Assembly: GCF_001194135.2 (NCBI RefSeq)
Contig: NC_068982.1
Span: 171,924,489 to 171,975,688 of the forward strand
Length of the DNA: 51,200 nucleotides
From: Octopus bimaculoides
Taxonomy: Eukaryota
Direction: 5' to 3'
The notes below the pieces were generated by a model. It was not told the origin of the DNA, did not search any database, and was given only the letters and a program-made list of their open reading frames with translations. Shown piece after piece: positions 1 to 12,840 of the stretch. Both the position numbers and the translations under genes were made by a program. The first letter of the stretch is position 1. Each line of letters starts with the position of its first letter.

Positions 1-1457
1 ATATATATATTCTTTCTATTATACATATTTATTCAAATTTCTTACAGAAACGACCGGAAAAATCTGACGGATATGATGACAGCCTTAAGTACAATCATAA
101 AAGTGCTAGTGTCTGCTTTTTAATGGTAATTTTCTGAGCATAGGATTTGTATATAAAACTTTGGTCCTGGTCCATAACTTCCCGCCATCTAAAACTTACA
201 CTCGAACCACAATAACAGCAGCCTCATGACGAGATTTCGTCCAAACAAAAATTCTATTAAATTCCTGATAAACACTTCATCAGGGAGTTCATCAGAACTT
301 GTGTGGTGATTGAAAGAAAGAGCACGCCCATATTGGCAGGGATCCTACTTGCCATATAAAATGCCTGTCATGTTTAGGTAAAAAAATATTTTAGCTTGTT
401 TCAAGACAAATTAGCGTTTAACTGCAAATCTGAACTATTAAACTATTGTAGATATTCTTGGAAGTTTCTGATTTCGAAGCCTTTACCACCGAATGATACC
501 AATTTATGGGTCATTTTTCCTTATCGTATATGCTTTGCTGTTGTTATCTCAATTTTGAATATGTTGGATGTACTTTCGTTTCTTCCCTTTTCATTTTTTT
601 TTTTTTGTGCGTTCTTTATTTTCTTTTTGTTCGTGTGTTTCTTCACGGCCGTCGCATTCTATCTTTTTATACGACATTTTTGATTTTATCGTTTTTACCT
701 TTTAATACAGATTTTCATCGACCATAAATACAAGTTATATTATTTATACGTACTTGTTGAATTATACTATATTTTATAGCTCATTTTAAAAAATGGATTA
801 CTCTTATTCTGCATTAATTGAACTGGCTTTTTACAAACTCCCAAATAGACTTTTTCCATGTCCTTACATATTCAGCAATTGAATTTCATTAATTTTATTA
901 TGATCAGCTTCTTTTCTGTGCCTGTGTTTCTGTTTTCGCACCCTTATGTGATAATATCTTTAAGCCCTAATCTATCTGGTTCATCAATCTAATTGCTTTT
1001 GAATTCTATTGTACTTGTTTGCTATCCATATTTGATCATATTGACAATTATAACTAGTAGTATCTTCGATCTTAGTTCCCTTAATTCCTGTTATGTGTCT
1101 GTATGTGTGTGTTATTTTCAGTTTATGCTTAAAAATGCATTCCTGAAAGAATACTTTATATGTATATGTGGATATAGGTAACCGAGGTCGTTCGCTAGGT
1201 AGATACAAACGTTTCTAGTTATAGGATTTACTGTACACACGCCACGAAAAGAGAGAATAATTTGGTGAGAAGAGCCAACAGAGATTTTTGGCTTCTCTCT
1301 TTGTTTGCACATGAATCAATTAGCATTGTATGGTGTAACATATGTACACAGATAGCATACATGCATTGTGCACGCGCATATGCGTGACTGATAGTACACC
1401 AAATTGTGCAACAGTAGCAGAACACAACAACAGCAGAAACTGCAGCAGCAGCAACAC

Positions 1458-1516
<59 letters not shown>

Positions 1517-1997
1517 ACAATAAATGCAGCGGTTTCACTTACACAAAATGTAGAATTAACAAGAGTAATTGAGTTGTTAATTAACGGTTCGAGCTTTCGT
1601 GTTGTCATTTGTACCGCTAGAAATAACAGCATCATTTACCTCGAATCACAAACCGTACCGCGTTAAATGGAAAAGGATACACTGGGTAATTAGTTGTTGA
1701 TGTAATATAAATATATATTTAAAAAGAAAATAGACGACATGAATCACATATCATATATCAGCTAGATTATGGCCAGCAAGAGCAACTGGAACCCCTAACC
1801 AGAACATCAGATGCATGAACTAAATACGTTAGCCATAACAACAACAGTTACTATCAGCAACTATTTTGCAAGTGTTCCATTAGCAAAACGGAATTAGCAG
1901 CAGCAGTAGCAGCAGTGACAGCAGCAGCAGCAGAAGAAGAAGCAGTAGTAGTAGTANNNNNNNNNNTAGTAGTAGTAGTAGTAGTAGTAGTATGAAT

Positions 1998-2039
<42 letters not shown>

Positions 2040-2272
2040 AAGTAGTAGTCGTAGTAGTGTTGGTAGTAGTAGTAGTAGTAGTAGAAGTAGTAGTCGTAGT
2101 AGTGTTGGTAGTGGTAGTAGTAGTAGTAGTAGTAGTATGAATTAGTAGTAGTAGTAGTATGAATTAGTAGTAGTAGTAGTAGTGGTGGTGCGTGGTTGTA
2201 GGAGGTGATAATAGTAGTGGTAGGGGTGATAGTAGTGGTAGGAGTGATAGTAATGGTAGTAGTAGTAGTAGC

Positions 2273-2306
<34 letters not shown>
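1458..2306. repeat. Compound trinucleotide microsatellites (TAG)n/(CAG)n at 1458-1514 and about 1900-2306
   Basis: Long direct runs of tagtagtag and cagcag; these produce the poly-L/T/S/Y ORFs in the track. Confidence 0.95.
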
Positions 2307-2839
2307 CGAAGTTGCTTTGCTGTTGCAACTCTCGGAATGCAGTATCCATTAGTCTTCATCGTTGAATGGAACTGCAAGTTTTGTAATAATAAGTGCAGCA
2401 ACAGTTGCAACAAGAGCAGTAGCAGCAGCAACTGTAGCAGCAGCGTGTGGGAGGGAGAGAGTGGTCGGAGGTAAGTGGAAGATAGATTGCTGATACAAGA
2501 AGAATAATATCTGCAGTAGTAGAGGAATTGATAATGTAATCAGCTGCAGTTGTTGCACAGTAGCAGACTGAATTAAACTGCATTTCTCTTATTTCAGCAG
2601 ATGCATTCTTGTACATTTTGTGGTTTGATGTGGGGGTTGGGTCTGTATTTGAAGGTTGTATCTGTGTCTTTGGGTGTGTTCTGGTGGGTGGATGTGGGCG
2701 TAGATGTGTATGCGTATGTGTATGTTCATGTATATGTTTGGTCGCGTGACTATACCTGTATATGTATGACCGTGCGTGTATGTGTGTGTATAGGAGTGAG
2801 TGTGTGTGTCTTTTGTTTGTATATAATTGCAAATGTATT

Positions 2840-2873
<34 letters not shown>

Positions 2874-2875
<2 letters not shown>

Positions 2876-3268
2876 CGCAGGAGTGGCTGTGTGGTACGTA
2901 GCTTGCTTACCAACCACATGGTTCTGGGTTCAGTCCCACTGCATGGCACCTTAGGNNNNNNNNNNNNNNNNNNNNNNNNNNNNNNNNNNNNNNNNNNNNN
3001 NNNNNNNNNNNNNNNNNNNNNNNNNNNNNNNNNNNNNNNNNNNNNNNNNNNNNNNNNNNNNNNNNNNNNNNNNNNNNNNNNNNNNNNNNNNNNNNNNNNN
3101 NNNNNNNNNNNNNNNNNNNNNNNNNNNNNNNNNNNNNNNNNNNNNNNNNNNNNNNNNNNNNNNNNNNNNNNNNNNNNNNNNNNNNNNNNNNNNNNNNNNN
3201 NNNNNNNNNNNNNNNNNNNNNNNNNNNNNNNNNNNNNNNNNNNNNNNNNNNNNNNNNNNNNNNNNNNN

Positions 3269-3313
<45 letters not shown>

Positions 3314-3350
3314 ATATGTTTGAAATGACTGAAACAAGTAAAAGAGTAAA
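2874..3350 (+). mobile_element. tRNA-derived SINE family A (CORE-like), interrupted by an N-gap
   Basis: Head ggcgcaggagtggctgtgtggtacg (A box), ggttcagtccc (B box), then gcaccttagg before the gap; tail aaatgactgaaacaagtaaaagag after it. Matches copies at 20866, 24444 and 30163. The accttgggcaagt segment resembles the CORE domain (from memory). Confidence 0.85.
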
Positions 3351-3418
3351 AGGGTATATTTCTCTAATTCTGCCCTAGTGTTACGTTAGGGTTATACTCA
3401 TCCGCTGATACGATGACA

Positions 3419-3654
3419 CAGAGGCTCTCAACCATATTTAGCCTATGAACCCTTTTGGTCCCTATTTTTACCCTACTGGACTTCCATAGCCATTCGAATT
3501 TTAAAAAATCATATTGTATTTTTCTAATTTAAATATTATTAAGAATTGTATGAAAAAACTGTTAGAATACATTATGTATTGTAGAAGTATAAACAATTTA
3601 TTGCTCATGAAGTTTAGCCACACATGTCGTATGGGCCCCGGTTGGAAACCACTG
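3419..3654. mobile_element. Non-autonomous hAT (Charlie-like) MITE, 236 bp
   Basis: Imperfect 15-bp TIRs cagaggctctcaacc / ggttggaaaccactg, resembling CAGTGGTTCTCAA hAT-Charlie termini. 8-bp flanks cgatgaca / tgctaaca match at 5 of 8 positions. AT-rich noncoding interior. Confidence 0.7.
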
Positions 3655-4936
3655 TGCTAACACAAATGAATCGGTAAGGATCGTCAAGATCGGCCGTAGA
3701 TCCACTTAGTAGCATGTGGGTGCGTGTGAATGTGTTGTGTAGGGAGAGGGGTAAAATTGTGTTTGCGTTTGTGTGTGTGTGTGTGCGTGTGTGTGTGTGT
3801 GCGTGTGCGTATGTGTGTGAGAGAGAGAGAGATCATCGGCAAGAGCCTTCTACTTCAAGTAGGACCCAAATCTTTTGAGTGAAACCGGGGTAACGGAAAT
3901 TACGTAAGCTAGCTCAGTAGATTGTACCTTGTATCTGCAGTTCAAAGGTCCATGCAGTATCAAAATGATTCGGTCTGTGAATTACGAAATAGGAATATAA
4001 TGTGGCATCTTCGCCGAATCAACAAAGGAATTCATTTGCATTATTGTATTTGACTTTAAACCTTAAAGTAGTTAAATGTCCGACTCTTGCAGTGAAACAT
4101 ATGCTAACTGTGCTTTCCTGCACTGCTTTGGACCATACTAATGAGGTTGAGAGGAAGCTTCTGGCGTTTAAGTGATAAAGGACATCATGTCCCCAGTCCA
4201 AGCTTTCACCAAGGGATATTCATTTTAGTATCACGGTAAAAAGCTCATCAACAATTTGGGAACATTGAAGAAAAGTAGCAGTTTCTTCTAGCGGCTTCCA
4301 CGCAGCTTCCTTCTCCAAAATTGTACTGACAATGTTTTCGTCGATTCGGAACTATGAGAGAAGACACCCAAATTGAGGAGCATTGAAACTGAATCCCAAA
4401 ACACATACGAAACCTTTTCCCATTGCAAACGATTTAGAGAAAAGAAAGAAAGAAAGAAAGAAAGAAGATGGATGAAAGAAAAATGAATGAATGAATGAAA
4501 GGAAAGAGTGTTTGAAATTCATCCATCCTGCTACTAATACCTCGCGACTAAGCACATAGCTATATTTCTCTTGTTTTATTCTAGATTTTGCGAGAAGATA
4601 TTAAATCGGTTCCAATATATTACAGCAAAAGATTAATGTCAAAAGGTGATGTAAGCTACAATCTATTAAAATCAGAACTTCGAATTACGAAACTAAAGCA
4701 TATTATGTCTACCAATCTACTAACCAGGTCAAATAGACTGGTGGACCTAACAGATAACACTGACCTCAATTCAATAATTACTTTATAATTTAATCATTTT
4801 ATTTCGTATTTTTTTTATTTATTTGCAACTTACAGAACCATTTTTTGGTAGAAAATAGTTATACATTCTATGACTGACTTCAGTTAAATTACAAGTTTCT
4901 TTGGTTTTTTTTAAACCAGAATAATATCGTTGTTGT

Positions 4937-5171
4937 CAGGCGGCGAGCTGGCAGAATCGTTAGCACGCCGGGCGAAATGCATAGCGGTATTTCGTCTGCT
5001 GCTACGTTCTGAGTTCAAATTCCGCCGGGGTCGACTTTGCCTTTCATCTTTTCGGGGTCGATTAGATAAGTACCAGTTACGCACTGGGGTCGATGTAATC
5101 AGCTTAGTTCCTTTGTCTGTCCTTGTTTGTCCCCTCTGTGTTTAGCTCCCCTTGTGGGCAATAAAGAATTA
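4937..5171 (+). mobile_element. Full-length tRNA-derived SINE family B (3' tail type 1)
   Basis: A box tggcagaatcgttag and B box gagttcaaattcc. Perfect 14-bp TSD aatatcgttgttgt at 4923-4936 and 5172-5185. Confidence 0.92.
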
Positions 5172-5214
5172 AATATCGTTGTTGTTACTGTTATCTAATC
5201 ACTACCCAACTGTG

Positions 5215-5368
5215 TTCTTGTAGATATATGACCAAAAGACTTTCCAACCATGGCCATTCCATGCTTTTTCGGACGTAAAATATATAAGACTAAATTATTC
5301 AATGTCTTTCCTTCTTTTCAACCAGTAGGGTGTGATATGAGTGATGTTTAGCTGCTATTTCTAACACA
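5215..5368 (-). repeat. Unclassified old interspersed repeat, family E
   Basis: Carries gctgctatttctaac, the reverse complement of the ctagaaatagcagcc motif seen near 1617, 21281, 43080 and 47417; same-strand matches near 33595 and 43665. Confidence 0.55.
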
Positions 5369-6287
5369 TTGAAGAAACAGGAAGCGGTACGGTAAATCAA
5401 TTAAAACAATCATGATTGACAAAATAAATAACAATAATAATAATATTTACTTTATCGACCACAGAGCAGTGAAAACACATTATAAATCATGATAGAATTT
5501 CAACTGGAATCGTAGCGGAGATGCAGGTAATTAAACATTGATAGGTATAGTACAAACCACAGGAATTTATTCCAGAACCCTGCTGTTTTAACCAACTCCA
5601 GTCTACCTTATTATATTACGCTAATGTTCTTAAATATATAATACGATGTGTGTGTGCAAGCGTGTGTCTATCATCTGCATATGTTTATCTGGATATGTTT
5701 TCCTATATGTTTACTAATGTCAATGCGTGTACATGATTACGAGCAATGCCTGTATGCAACAGACAAGTGAGTTAATTTGTATGGTAACGTCTAAAGTTTA
5801 TGTACGGGATGTAATTATAAACGTTTAAGGCTTCACTATCAGGCAATATGCATCGAACATACTGTAAAAACAAACTGTAACAGTTGCTATGCGGATACAA
5901 ATTAATACAAAAATATTCAGAATTATGTAATGCCATAGGGTTTCTACAGTTTAATAGCAAAAAAAATAAAACATTTTTTTTTTAAATTAAGCAGATGGAA
6001 TGGAGCTGTGTAAGAAGGAAACAAAATAAAAATTCTATAGAGGCCAACATAACAACTTTTGAACCCTGCGTTTTAGTAATAAGTTTTAACAAGTTATGAG
6101 CTCACATATTTGGTCGAGAGTATATGGTCGATTCAGCTGATCACCTTATGTGTAGCTATTTGTTTTATTGATACCGAAGAAACAATGAAGGACAAAATCG
6201 GCCCAAGTGTATTTTCAGATGTAACAAAATATTGATTCTACCAAGAACCTCAGCAACAGCAGCAGTAGCAGCAGCAGCAGTAGTAGC

Positions 6288-6352
<65 letters not shown>

Positions 6353-7289
6353 CTTTTCTAATTTAAGCACAAGACCAGCAAATTTGAGAGGATTGGAATA
6401 GTCTAACACATCGACATTCTTTATTTGGCTGGTATTTCATTTAGCGATTTGAACTATGGACGTTCTGAGAAGAAACGCCTCACTGCAAGTTGTATCATGT
6501 TCTACTGACTCTGTCAATACACCGTCCCTAATAATGACAATGATGCTGATGAAGATTAATGAGGAGGAGGAGGAGGAGGAGGAGGAGGATTTCAGGGGCA
6601 TCAGATGATGGGGATACTACAAGGATAGTTTACAATGTGTGAGGAGAGTTACATGAAAGACAAAGGGCCAAAAGAGAAAAACGGGGAAATTAGGTAAAAG
6701 TATACATAGCATAAAAAATATGTGAACCCATGTATAATGCAATCAGCTAATACAAGAAAACCTCCAATGAGAGACAATCAAAGAACCCCACAGAGCCAGG
6801 ATTACCCTAACCACCAAAATCACAAGTCCTTTCCCCACTTTTTTTCTCCAATCTACATGTGCATGCTTAGAGTAGGCCCAGTCACCTTAATTATTTTTGC
6901 CAGTCACCCACCTTTTGACAAATTCGCTGGAAGAGAGCACATCTCTCTCTGTCCTCACTTTTCTTTCCAAAAAAGACCCTTAAGACTTTGATGAAAGCTT
7001 TGTCGAAGAGGAAGATGTTTTTCCTCAATCCTTCTGGCCTTGTCCACTACACAATCTCTTTCGTCATTGCCACTGGACTAAAGATCACTGTCTGCTTCAG
7101 CTTGGCAAAGGCGAGTAGTGGGGCGATCCTCGCGATGGACTCGGTCAATGGCTAAAGTAATCACATACGCTTTCGATAACAACTGTTAAACATACTCCAC
7201 AAATCAGCAATGCTCGGACACTGCACGAATGCATGTAGTAAGGTACGTCGCTTTGCGCGCATCTTGAACAGTCTTGCCTGGCGGTTCTT

Positions 7290-7450
7290 TCGGGTCTATA
7301 CTCGAATTTGAAGTGCCACTCGGTAGCACCGCAAGGTCAAGAATTTCATCCTTACGGGGTGGATAAAACGAGCTCCAGTTGAACACTGGAGGTCAATATA
7401 ATCGACTTACCCCCACCCCCAAAATTACTGGCCTTCTACCAAATTTTGAA
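7290..7450 (+). mobile_element. Degenerate SINE B copy (tail type 3)
   Basis: tttcatccttacggggtggataaaa...ccagttgaacactggaggtcaatataatcgactt...ggccttctaccaaattttgaaa aligns with the SINE B body and the 42850-42877 tail. Confidence 0.65.
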
Positions 7451-7711
7451 AACAATATTAACGCCAAAAGAACATCTTACCATCGCTTGACAATTAAAAT
7501 CGCATGTAAATAGGTAAGAAAATCCTTCAAAAACCTACCCAGGTTTTGAAAATGCAAAGAACACATTAAACACAGTTGACCGCAATACACCTAAGAAGAA
7601 CGGAATGGCTGGTCATTAGTAGGATGCTTTTGATCATAAGTCTGCTCAATCCGGATGAACTGAAAACAACAACAATAGGCAATAAAAAACACTGATGTTT
7701 ACTTTGATCAA

Positions 7712-7761
<50 letters not shown>

Positions 7762-8629
7762 AGAAACAACGTATTAATAATGAAATTATTGCGCATATGC
7801 AACTGTTCGGCTGCATCTCTTCTTGGCTTTAATGATTGCAATAAAGTTTCCACTTCTACTTTTAACATTAAATAATATATGTCTTATCGTCTCCTGCTGA
7901 TGAATATACTTCAAAATTACTCTTCTGCTCGCGTATGAGCTGCGTGCGTATTATGCTGTGCATGTGTGCTTGTGTGTGTGTGTTTGTGTGTGAGTGTTGA
8001 AATAATCAAACATGGGAATACAGATGTAAGAGATATTCTCAAAATTATTCATGCAATTTTATCTCATTATACAATTGTAGTATTTCACTAAAAATATTCC
8101 CTGCACATCTTCCCCTCCTCCTCCTCCTCTCTTACTATCTCTCTATTTATATATGCATCTATCTACCTATCTATCTCTATCCCTCTGCATATATATAGGA
8201 AGACGGATAGATATGGATATAAGTATGTATATTTTATACATATGTCTGTATGTCATTTCTCAGTTTTATTTCAAGATTTCTTGTCAAAGAGAAAGAGTCG
8301 GTTTCTAACCTAGATCCAAGGCTCCTTCATTAGAATTTCAACATCAACAATAGGGTATGTATGTATGTATGTATGTATGTATGTATGTATGCATGTATGT
8401 ATGTATGTATGTATGTATGTATGTATGCGTACAGATTTGTACTTTTCTATATCTTCTCGTACATATACCTGCATATCTATACATGCTCATATATACTTAA
8501 AAGATAAACATCTGGTGAGTTTTATGTATGTATGTATGTATGTATGTATGTGTGTATGTATGTATGTATGTATACATGTATGCATGTATGTATGTAAGTG
8601 TCTCTTCTATTTTTTAATTGTTAAACATT

Positions 8630-9110
8630 TTTGGAACTTGAAAACAGTCTTGCGTATTTTTACTGTTTTACTCACAGATTGCACTTGTAATGCACGAATT
8701 AGACGGTCGATTTCTCTTTCTGAAAATCCCAGTATATCCAGATTCTCCTATAACCACTTACTAACAAAACCCAGTGCTAACAAAACATATGAATAGGAAT
8801 TCATAGTTTGGATACAGAAGCTGGAGTTTTCGGAGTAGTTGTTCATAGATATCCTCTTTTTCTTTGATTGTCAAAGAGATATTTATATCTGGAGGGCAGT
8901 TGACCTCTATGATGATACATACCTTTGCCCCTCTGTCCCAAATAACAATATCCGGTCTGTTATGTTTACATTTGACAGAAGTATTCCTTGAGTTGGTGTT
9001 TATGAATGTATTCCATAACATGGGAATTTTCTAAGTTTATTTCAGGACAGTCTTTTTTGCGGATGGCATTGAAAATTGTTTTAGCAACAACATCGTGCTG
9101 CACAGGAAGG
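8630..9110 (-). pseudogene. 3' fragment of a REL-endonuclease LINE (R4/Dong/NeSL-like), frameshifted
   Basis: Minus-strand translation gives QHDVVAKTIFNAIRKK (RHD-like motif), then HNRPDIVIWDRGAKVCIIIEVNCPPDINISLTIKEKEDIYEQL (PD..E endonuclease), then LGFVSKWL*ENLDILGFSEREIDRLIRALQVQSVSKTVKIRKTVFKF (typical C-terminus). The 3' end runs into (TACA)n. Confidence 0.88.
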
Positions 9111-9123
9111 TAGTACCGTGACG

Positions 9124-9345
9124 ACATGGCAGAAACGTTAACACGCCGGGCGGAATGCTTGGTGGTATTTCGTCTGCCATTAAATTCTTAGTTCAAATTC
9201 CGCTGAGGTCGACCTTGCCTTTTATCCTTTCGAGGTCGATTAAATAAATACCAGTTACGCACTGGAGTCGATGAAATAGACTTAATCCCTTCCCTCAAAT
9301 TTCAGGCCTTGTGCCTGCAGTAGAAAGGTTTATTATTATAATTGA
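9124..9345 (+). mobile_element. SINE B copy (tail type 2) ending in ttattatta
   Basis: tggcagaaacgttaacacgccggg head, gttcaaattcc B box, tail aaatttcaggccttgtgcctgcagtagaaagg. Confidence 0.88.
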
Positions 9346-9714
9346 TTGATTGANNNNNNNNNNTTGCCTTTTATCCTTTCGAGGTCGATTAAATAAATAC
9401 CAGTTACGCACTGGAGTCGATGAAATAGACTTAATCCCTTCCCTCAAATTTCAGGCCTTGTGCCTGCAGTAGAAAGGTTTATTATTATAATTGATTGATT
9501 GATTGATTCGTCGTCGTCCTGGCGGGATGCATGTGTTTGTCCGCTCGCAGGTTTTCTCCCAAACTTTTGTTCCCAAAAGTTGTTAATTGCTTATTTTGCG
9601 ACTAAACCTTTTCCTAAAGCATCACCTTTGCATCGGTGGATCGCTTTGTGTTATTAGTGCCCCCCTTGGGGTCTGTAATCTCAAAATAATTGTCTCAAAA
9701 TTAAAAAAAAGAAG

Positions 9715-10863
9715 ACAAATATGGCGAAACCAGCCTTGTTGAAAACGTAGAAGACGTGGTGAGAAGTGTTTCAGATAGAGAGGTGCAAGACGCCGCAGTG
9801 CCCTCCGTCTATAACCCACAGATAGAAGGGGAGGTAAGCACACAGCAGATTCAAATTCTCGCACACGAAATCGAAGACACTTCAAACAAATAATAATCCG
9901 AACATCTTTAGCGACATCACAAACTACGAAGCTGAATTCCCTCCAATTATATTGTTATATACTCCAACTCAAAAGACAGCTCGTAGCAGCAGTATCAAGA
10001 CCACAGACAACTCCGCCACCACCATTACTACAACTAATCAACAAAAGACAGCACATGGTGACAGTCTCTCGACCACAACCAACTCCACCACCGCCACCAC
10101 TACAACGAATAACATCGTAATTAATGACAGCATGAACCAGACTACTTCTTTCGCAAAGACAGCAGCAAGAAGCAAAGAATATTTTTGTATGAATCTGCTT
10201 CAGAAAAACATGTCTAGCTGAGACAGGAGAAGGCGCAAGCCAGTGTTGCTATCACCCACGAGGTGTTGGCAGAAACAAAAAAAGAAAGCTGTGTTGTACA
10301 GATGCATCTCCGTAATCACGAAGCGGCCAGAGAAGGTGAGCTAGACGGACGTAGAAAGGGCACTGAAAGAAGTAATGCCCGACATTTTTCATATTTCGAG
10401 GGCTAAACAGTTTGCGGCATTTCAAGGCTCTTTAAATTTGAAGCTCTGGCTGCCAAACACTGTGGTTCCCTGTCGGAGCGAAAAATATGTGCTTCACCCA
10501 TCCTATTTAGGAAGGAAAATGGTGTGCATAAAAATAGCTGGGATACTACCAGAGATAAACCTGTAGTGGATTCTCGCAGCGATCGTTTTGGAAGGGAGCA
10601 ACAGCCTCCTAGAGGTCAAAAGGACACGACGTGGAAATTGGTCTGGGACCAGTGTGGAGGTACTCCCCCACATTCAACCAGAAGCTATTCACAAGATCCT
10701 AGACCTCATTCGCCTTCCAGGAGGGAAAGAATTACATGTCACAATGGAGGATGAAGCGACAGGACACTCAAGAGTCTTCTACCCCCAACAGAAGACAGGG
10801 AGCCATGGTAGTCCTGTACTGCCAACACCAGGTCCCCAAAAGTCAGGTCCCTTAACCAGTTGA
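9715..10863 (+). pseudogene. Decayed gag-like LINE ORF1 (RRM-like region plus broken CCHC knuckle; L1/Tx1-type by inference)
   Basis: ORFs at 9952, 10375 and 10588 are all in the same frame, separated by stops. Segment YVLHPSYLGRKMVCIKIAGILPEINL*WILAAIV resembles ORF1 RRM sequence; GHSRVFYP resembles a GHxxxxCP knuckle half. GC content is above that of the flanks. Confidence 0.55.
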
Positions 10864-12561
10864 GCATGTCACTTGGTGGCTGACGATATGTGCATCTCTG
10901 ATCATGGGCAGAAGTAGTGGGGGAGCATCATAGCCATGTGTTGAGAGGAATTCTTTGGGGTTTGAATAATTCACCTTTGGAAACATGGGTGTTTTGCTCA
11001 ACATCCTCAAACAAACCTTATTCAGGGACATTTTGAGCGGGATGGGCTACTCGACCTGAAGAAAATTCTAACTGGGCCNNNNNNNNNNNNNNNNNNNNNN
11101 NNNNNNNNNNNNNNNNNNNNNNNNNNNNNNNNNNNNNNNNNNNNNNNNNNNNNNNNNNNNNNNNNNNNNNNNNNNNNNNNNNNNNNNNNNNNNNNNNNNN
11201 NNNNNNNNNNNNNNNNNNNNNNNNNNNNNNNNNNNNNNNNNNNNNNNNNNNNNNNNNNNNNNNNNNNNNNNNNNNNNNNNNNNNNNNNNNNNNNNNNNNN
11301 NNNNNNNNNNNNNNNNNNNNNNNNNNNNNNNNNNNNNNNNNNNNNNNNNNNNNNNNNNNNNNNNNNNNNNNNNNNNNNNNNNNNNNNNNNNNNNNNNNNN
11401 NNNNNNNNNNNNNNNNNNNNNNNNNNNNNNNNNNNNNNNNNNNNNNNNNNNNNNNNNNNNNNNNNNNNNNNNNNNNNNNNNNNNNNNNNNNNNNNNNNNN
11501 NNNNNNNNNNNNNNNNNNNNNNNNNNNNNNNNNNNNNNNNNNNNNNNNNNNNNNNNNNNNNNNNNNNNNNNNNNNNNNNNNNNNNNNNNNNNNNNNNNNN
11601 NNNNNNNNNNNNNNNNNNNNNNNNNNNNNNNNNNNNNNNNNNNNNNNNNNNNNNNNNNNNNNNNNNNNNNNNNNNNNNNNNNNNNNNNNNNNNNNNNNNN
11701 NNNNNNNNNNNNNNNNNNNNNNNNNNNNNNNNNNNNNNNNNNNNNNNNNNNNNNNNNNNNNNNNNNNNNNNNNNNNNNNNNNNNNNNNNNTGCGTGTGTG
11801 GTTGTATATGTGTCTATGTGATTGTGTGTGCGTTTGTGTGTATGCCTATTTGCTTGTTTGTAATGACTGATTGCTAACATATAAGTACGCTTTCATATAC
11901 TTGCATAGCTATATATACTCGCATACATACATATACATACTTTTACATATACTTATATATATATATATATGCATGTAATGTATATACATATATATATGTA
12001 ATGTATGTATATGTGAACTATATATACATACATACATACATATATATATATATGTATATATATACTTGCATACATACATGCACGCGTGTTTGCTGCGCAT
12101 GCATACATACATGTCGTGTGTGTTTGGATAACTGCATGTGTGCGAGCGCGTTTGTTTCCTTTACTGCCATAAATACAGTGACATATGTTCACAGTTGAAT
12201 ACATTTTGCCTTTGCTTGATCGTGTTCTAACAAAGCCCCAGAATGCAAAGTACATACAAATGACAAAAGCTGTTACCTCACACCTGATGATTTTCACCAG
12301 AGATGCGTATTCAGGTTTTCGCTAACACCACCTTAACAAAAGAAAAAAAAAGCTTATACACTGGAACCAATCAGTATGTACACGATGTCAGTGAAAGAGT
12401 AGGAGGATCCAAAAAACTAGTGACTGTGTAAAAAAAGTTCATAAACCCGAATGAATTAATTTGCCGTGAATAGTTATATACAAGATGCAGTCTACTGCAT
12501 ATTGTTACGTCAGCTGCAGGCTTAATCATTCGCCATTGCATAAAGGCTTACATGCATTTGC

Positions 12562-12599
<38 letters not shown>

Positions 12600-12631
12600 A
12601 CACACGTACACACACATAATATATACATACA

Positions 12632-12840
12632 TTCGACGGGGTGCTGAAAATTTTCTGGCTTTGAGTAAGAGAAAATATAGGACGATGAATTAATTATGAT
12701 TTTATTCAACATATTCCATTCTCAGGTTCACATACCTATTGCAGCGGTCCTTCAGTTTTTCTAAGCACTGTAAAAGAATTCGGAAGGTTGGGCCTCTAGC
12801 CAGGCCTTTCCCGACACCCTTAAAGCCAGGAACTTTTCAG
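12632..12840 (-). mobile_element. Mariner-derived MITE (about 220 bp; right end runs into a gap)
   Basis: Inverted ends gtgctgaaaattttctggctttg and taaagccaggaacttttcag. The minus strand carries a mariner C-terminus remnant, WLEAQPSEFF followed after a frameshift by LEKLKDRCNRYVNLR. Confidence 0.8.

Noticed and set aside
4937-5030. tRNA-like A and B boxes (also at 2874, 23744 and 41802)
   Set aside because: These are heads of SINEs with unrelated bodies, tails and TSDs; no complete cloverleaf, so they are not tRNA genes.
9215-9502. Exact duplication of about 139 bp (9215-9353 and 9364-9502) of a SINE B 3' half
   Set aside because: The identical copies flank a 10-N gap; this is the signature of unmerged overlapping contig ends, not a biological tandem repeat.
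10856-11078. Sequence I recall as a common octopus interspersed repeat
   Set aside because: There is no second copy in this window and it is cut by a gap, so it cannot be supported from the sequence alone.
12278-12332. Minus-strand segment with a strong acceptor (ttttcttttgttaag|) and donor (gag|gtaaca)
   Set aside because: All three frames contain stops within the 55 nt; no support as a coding exon.
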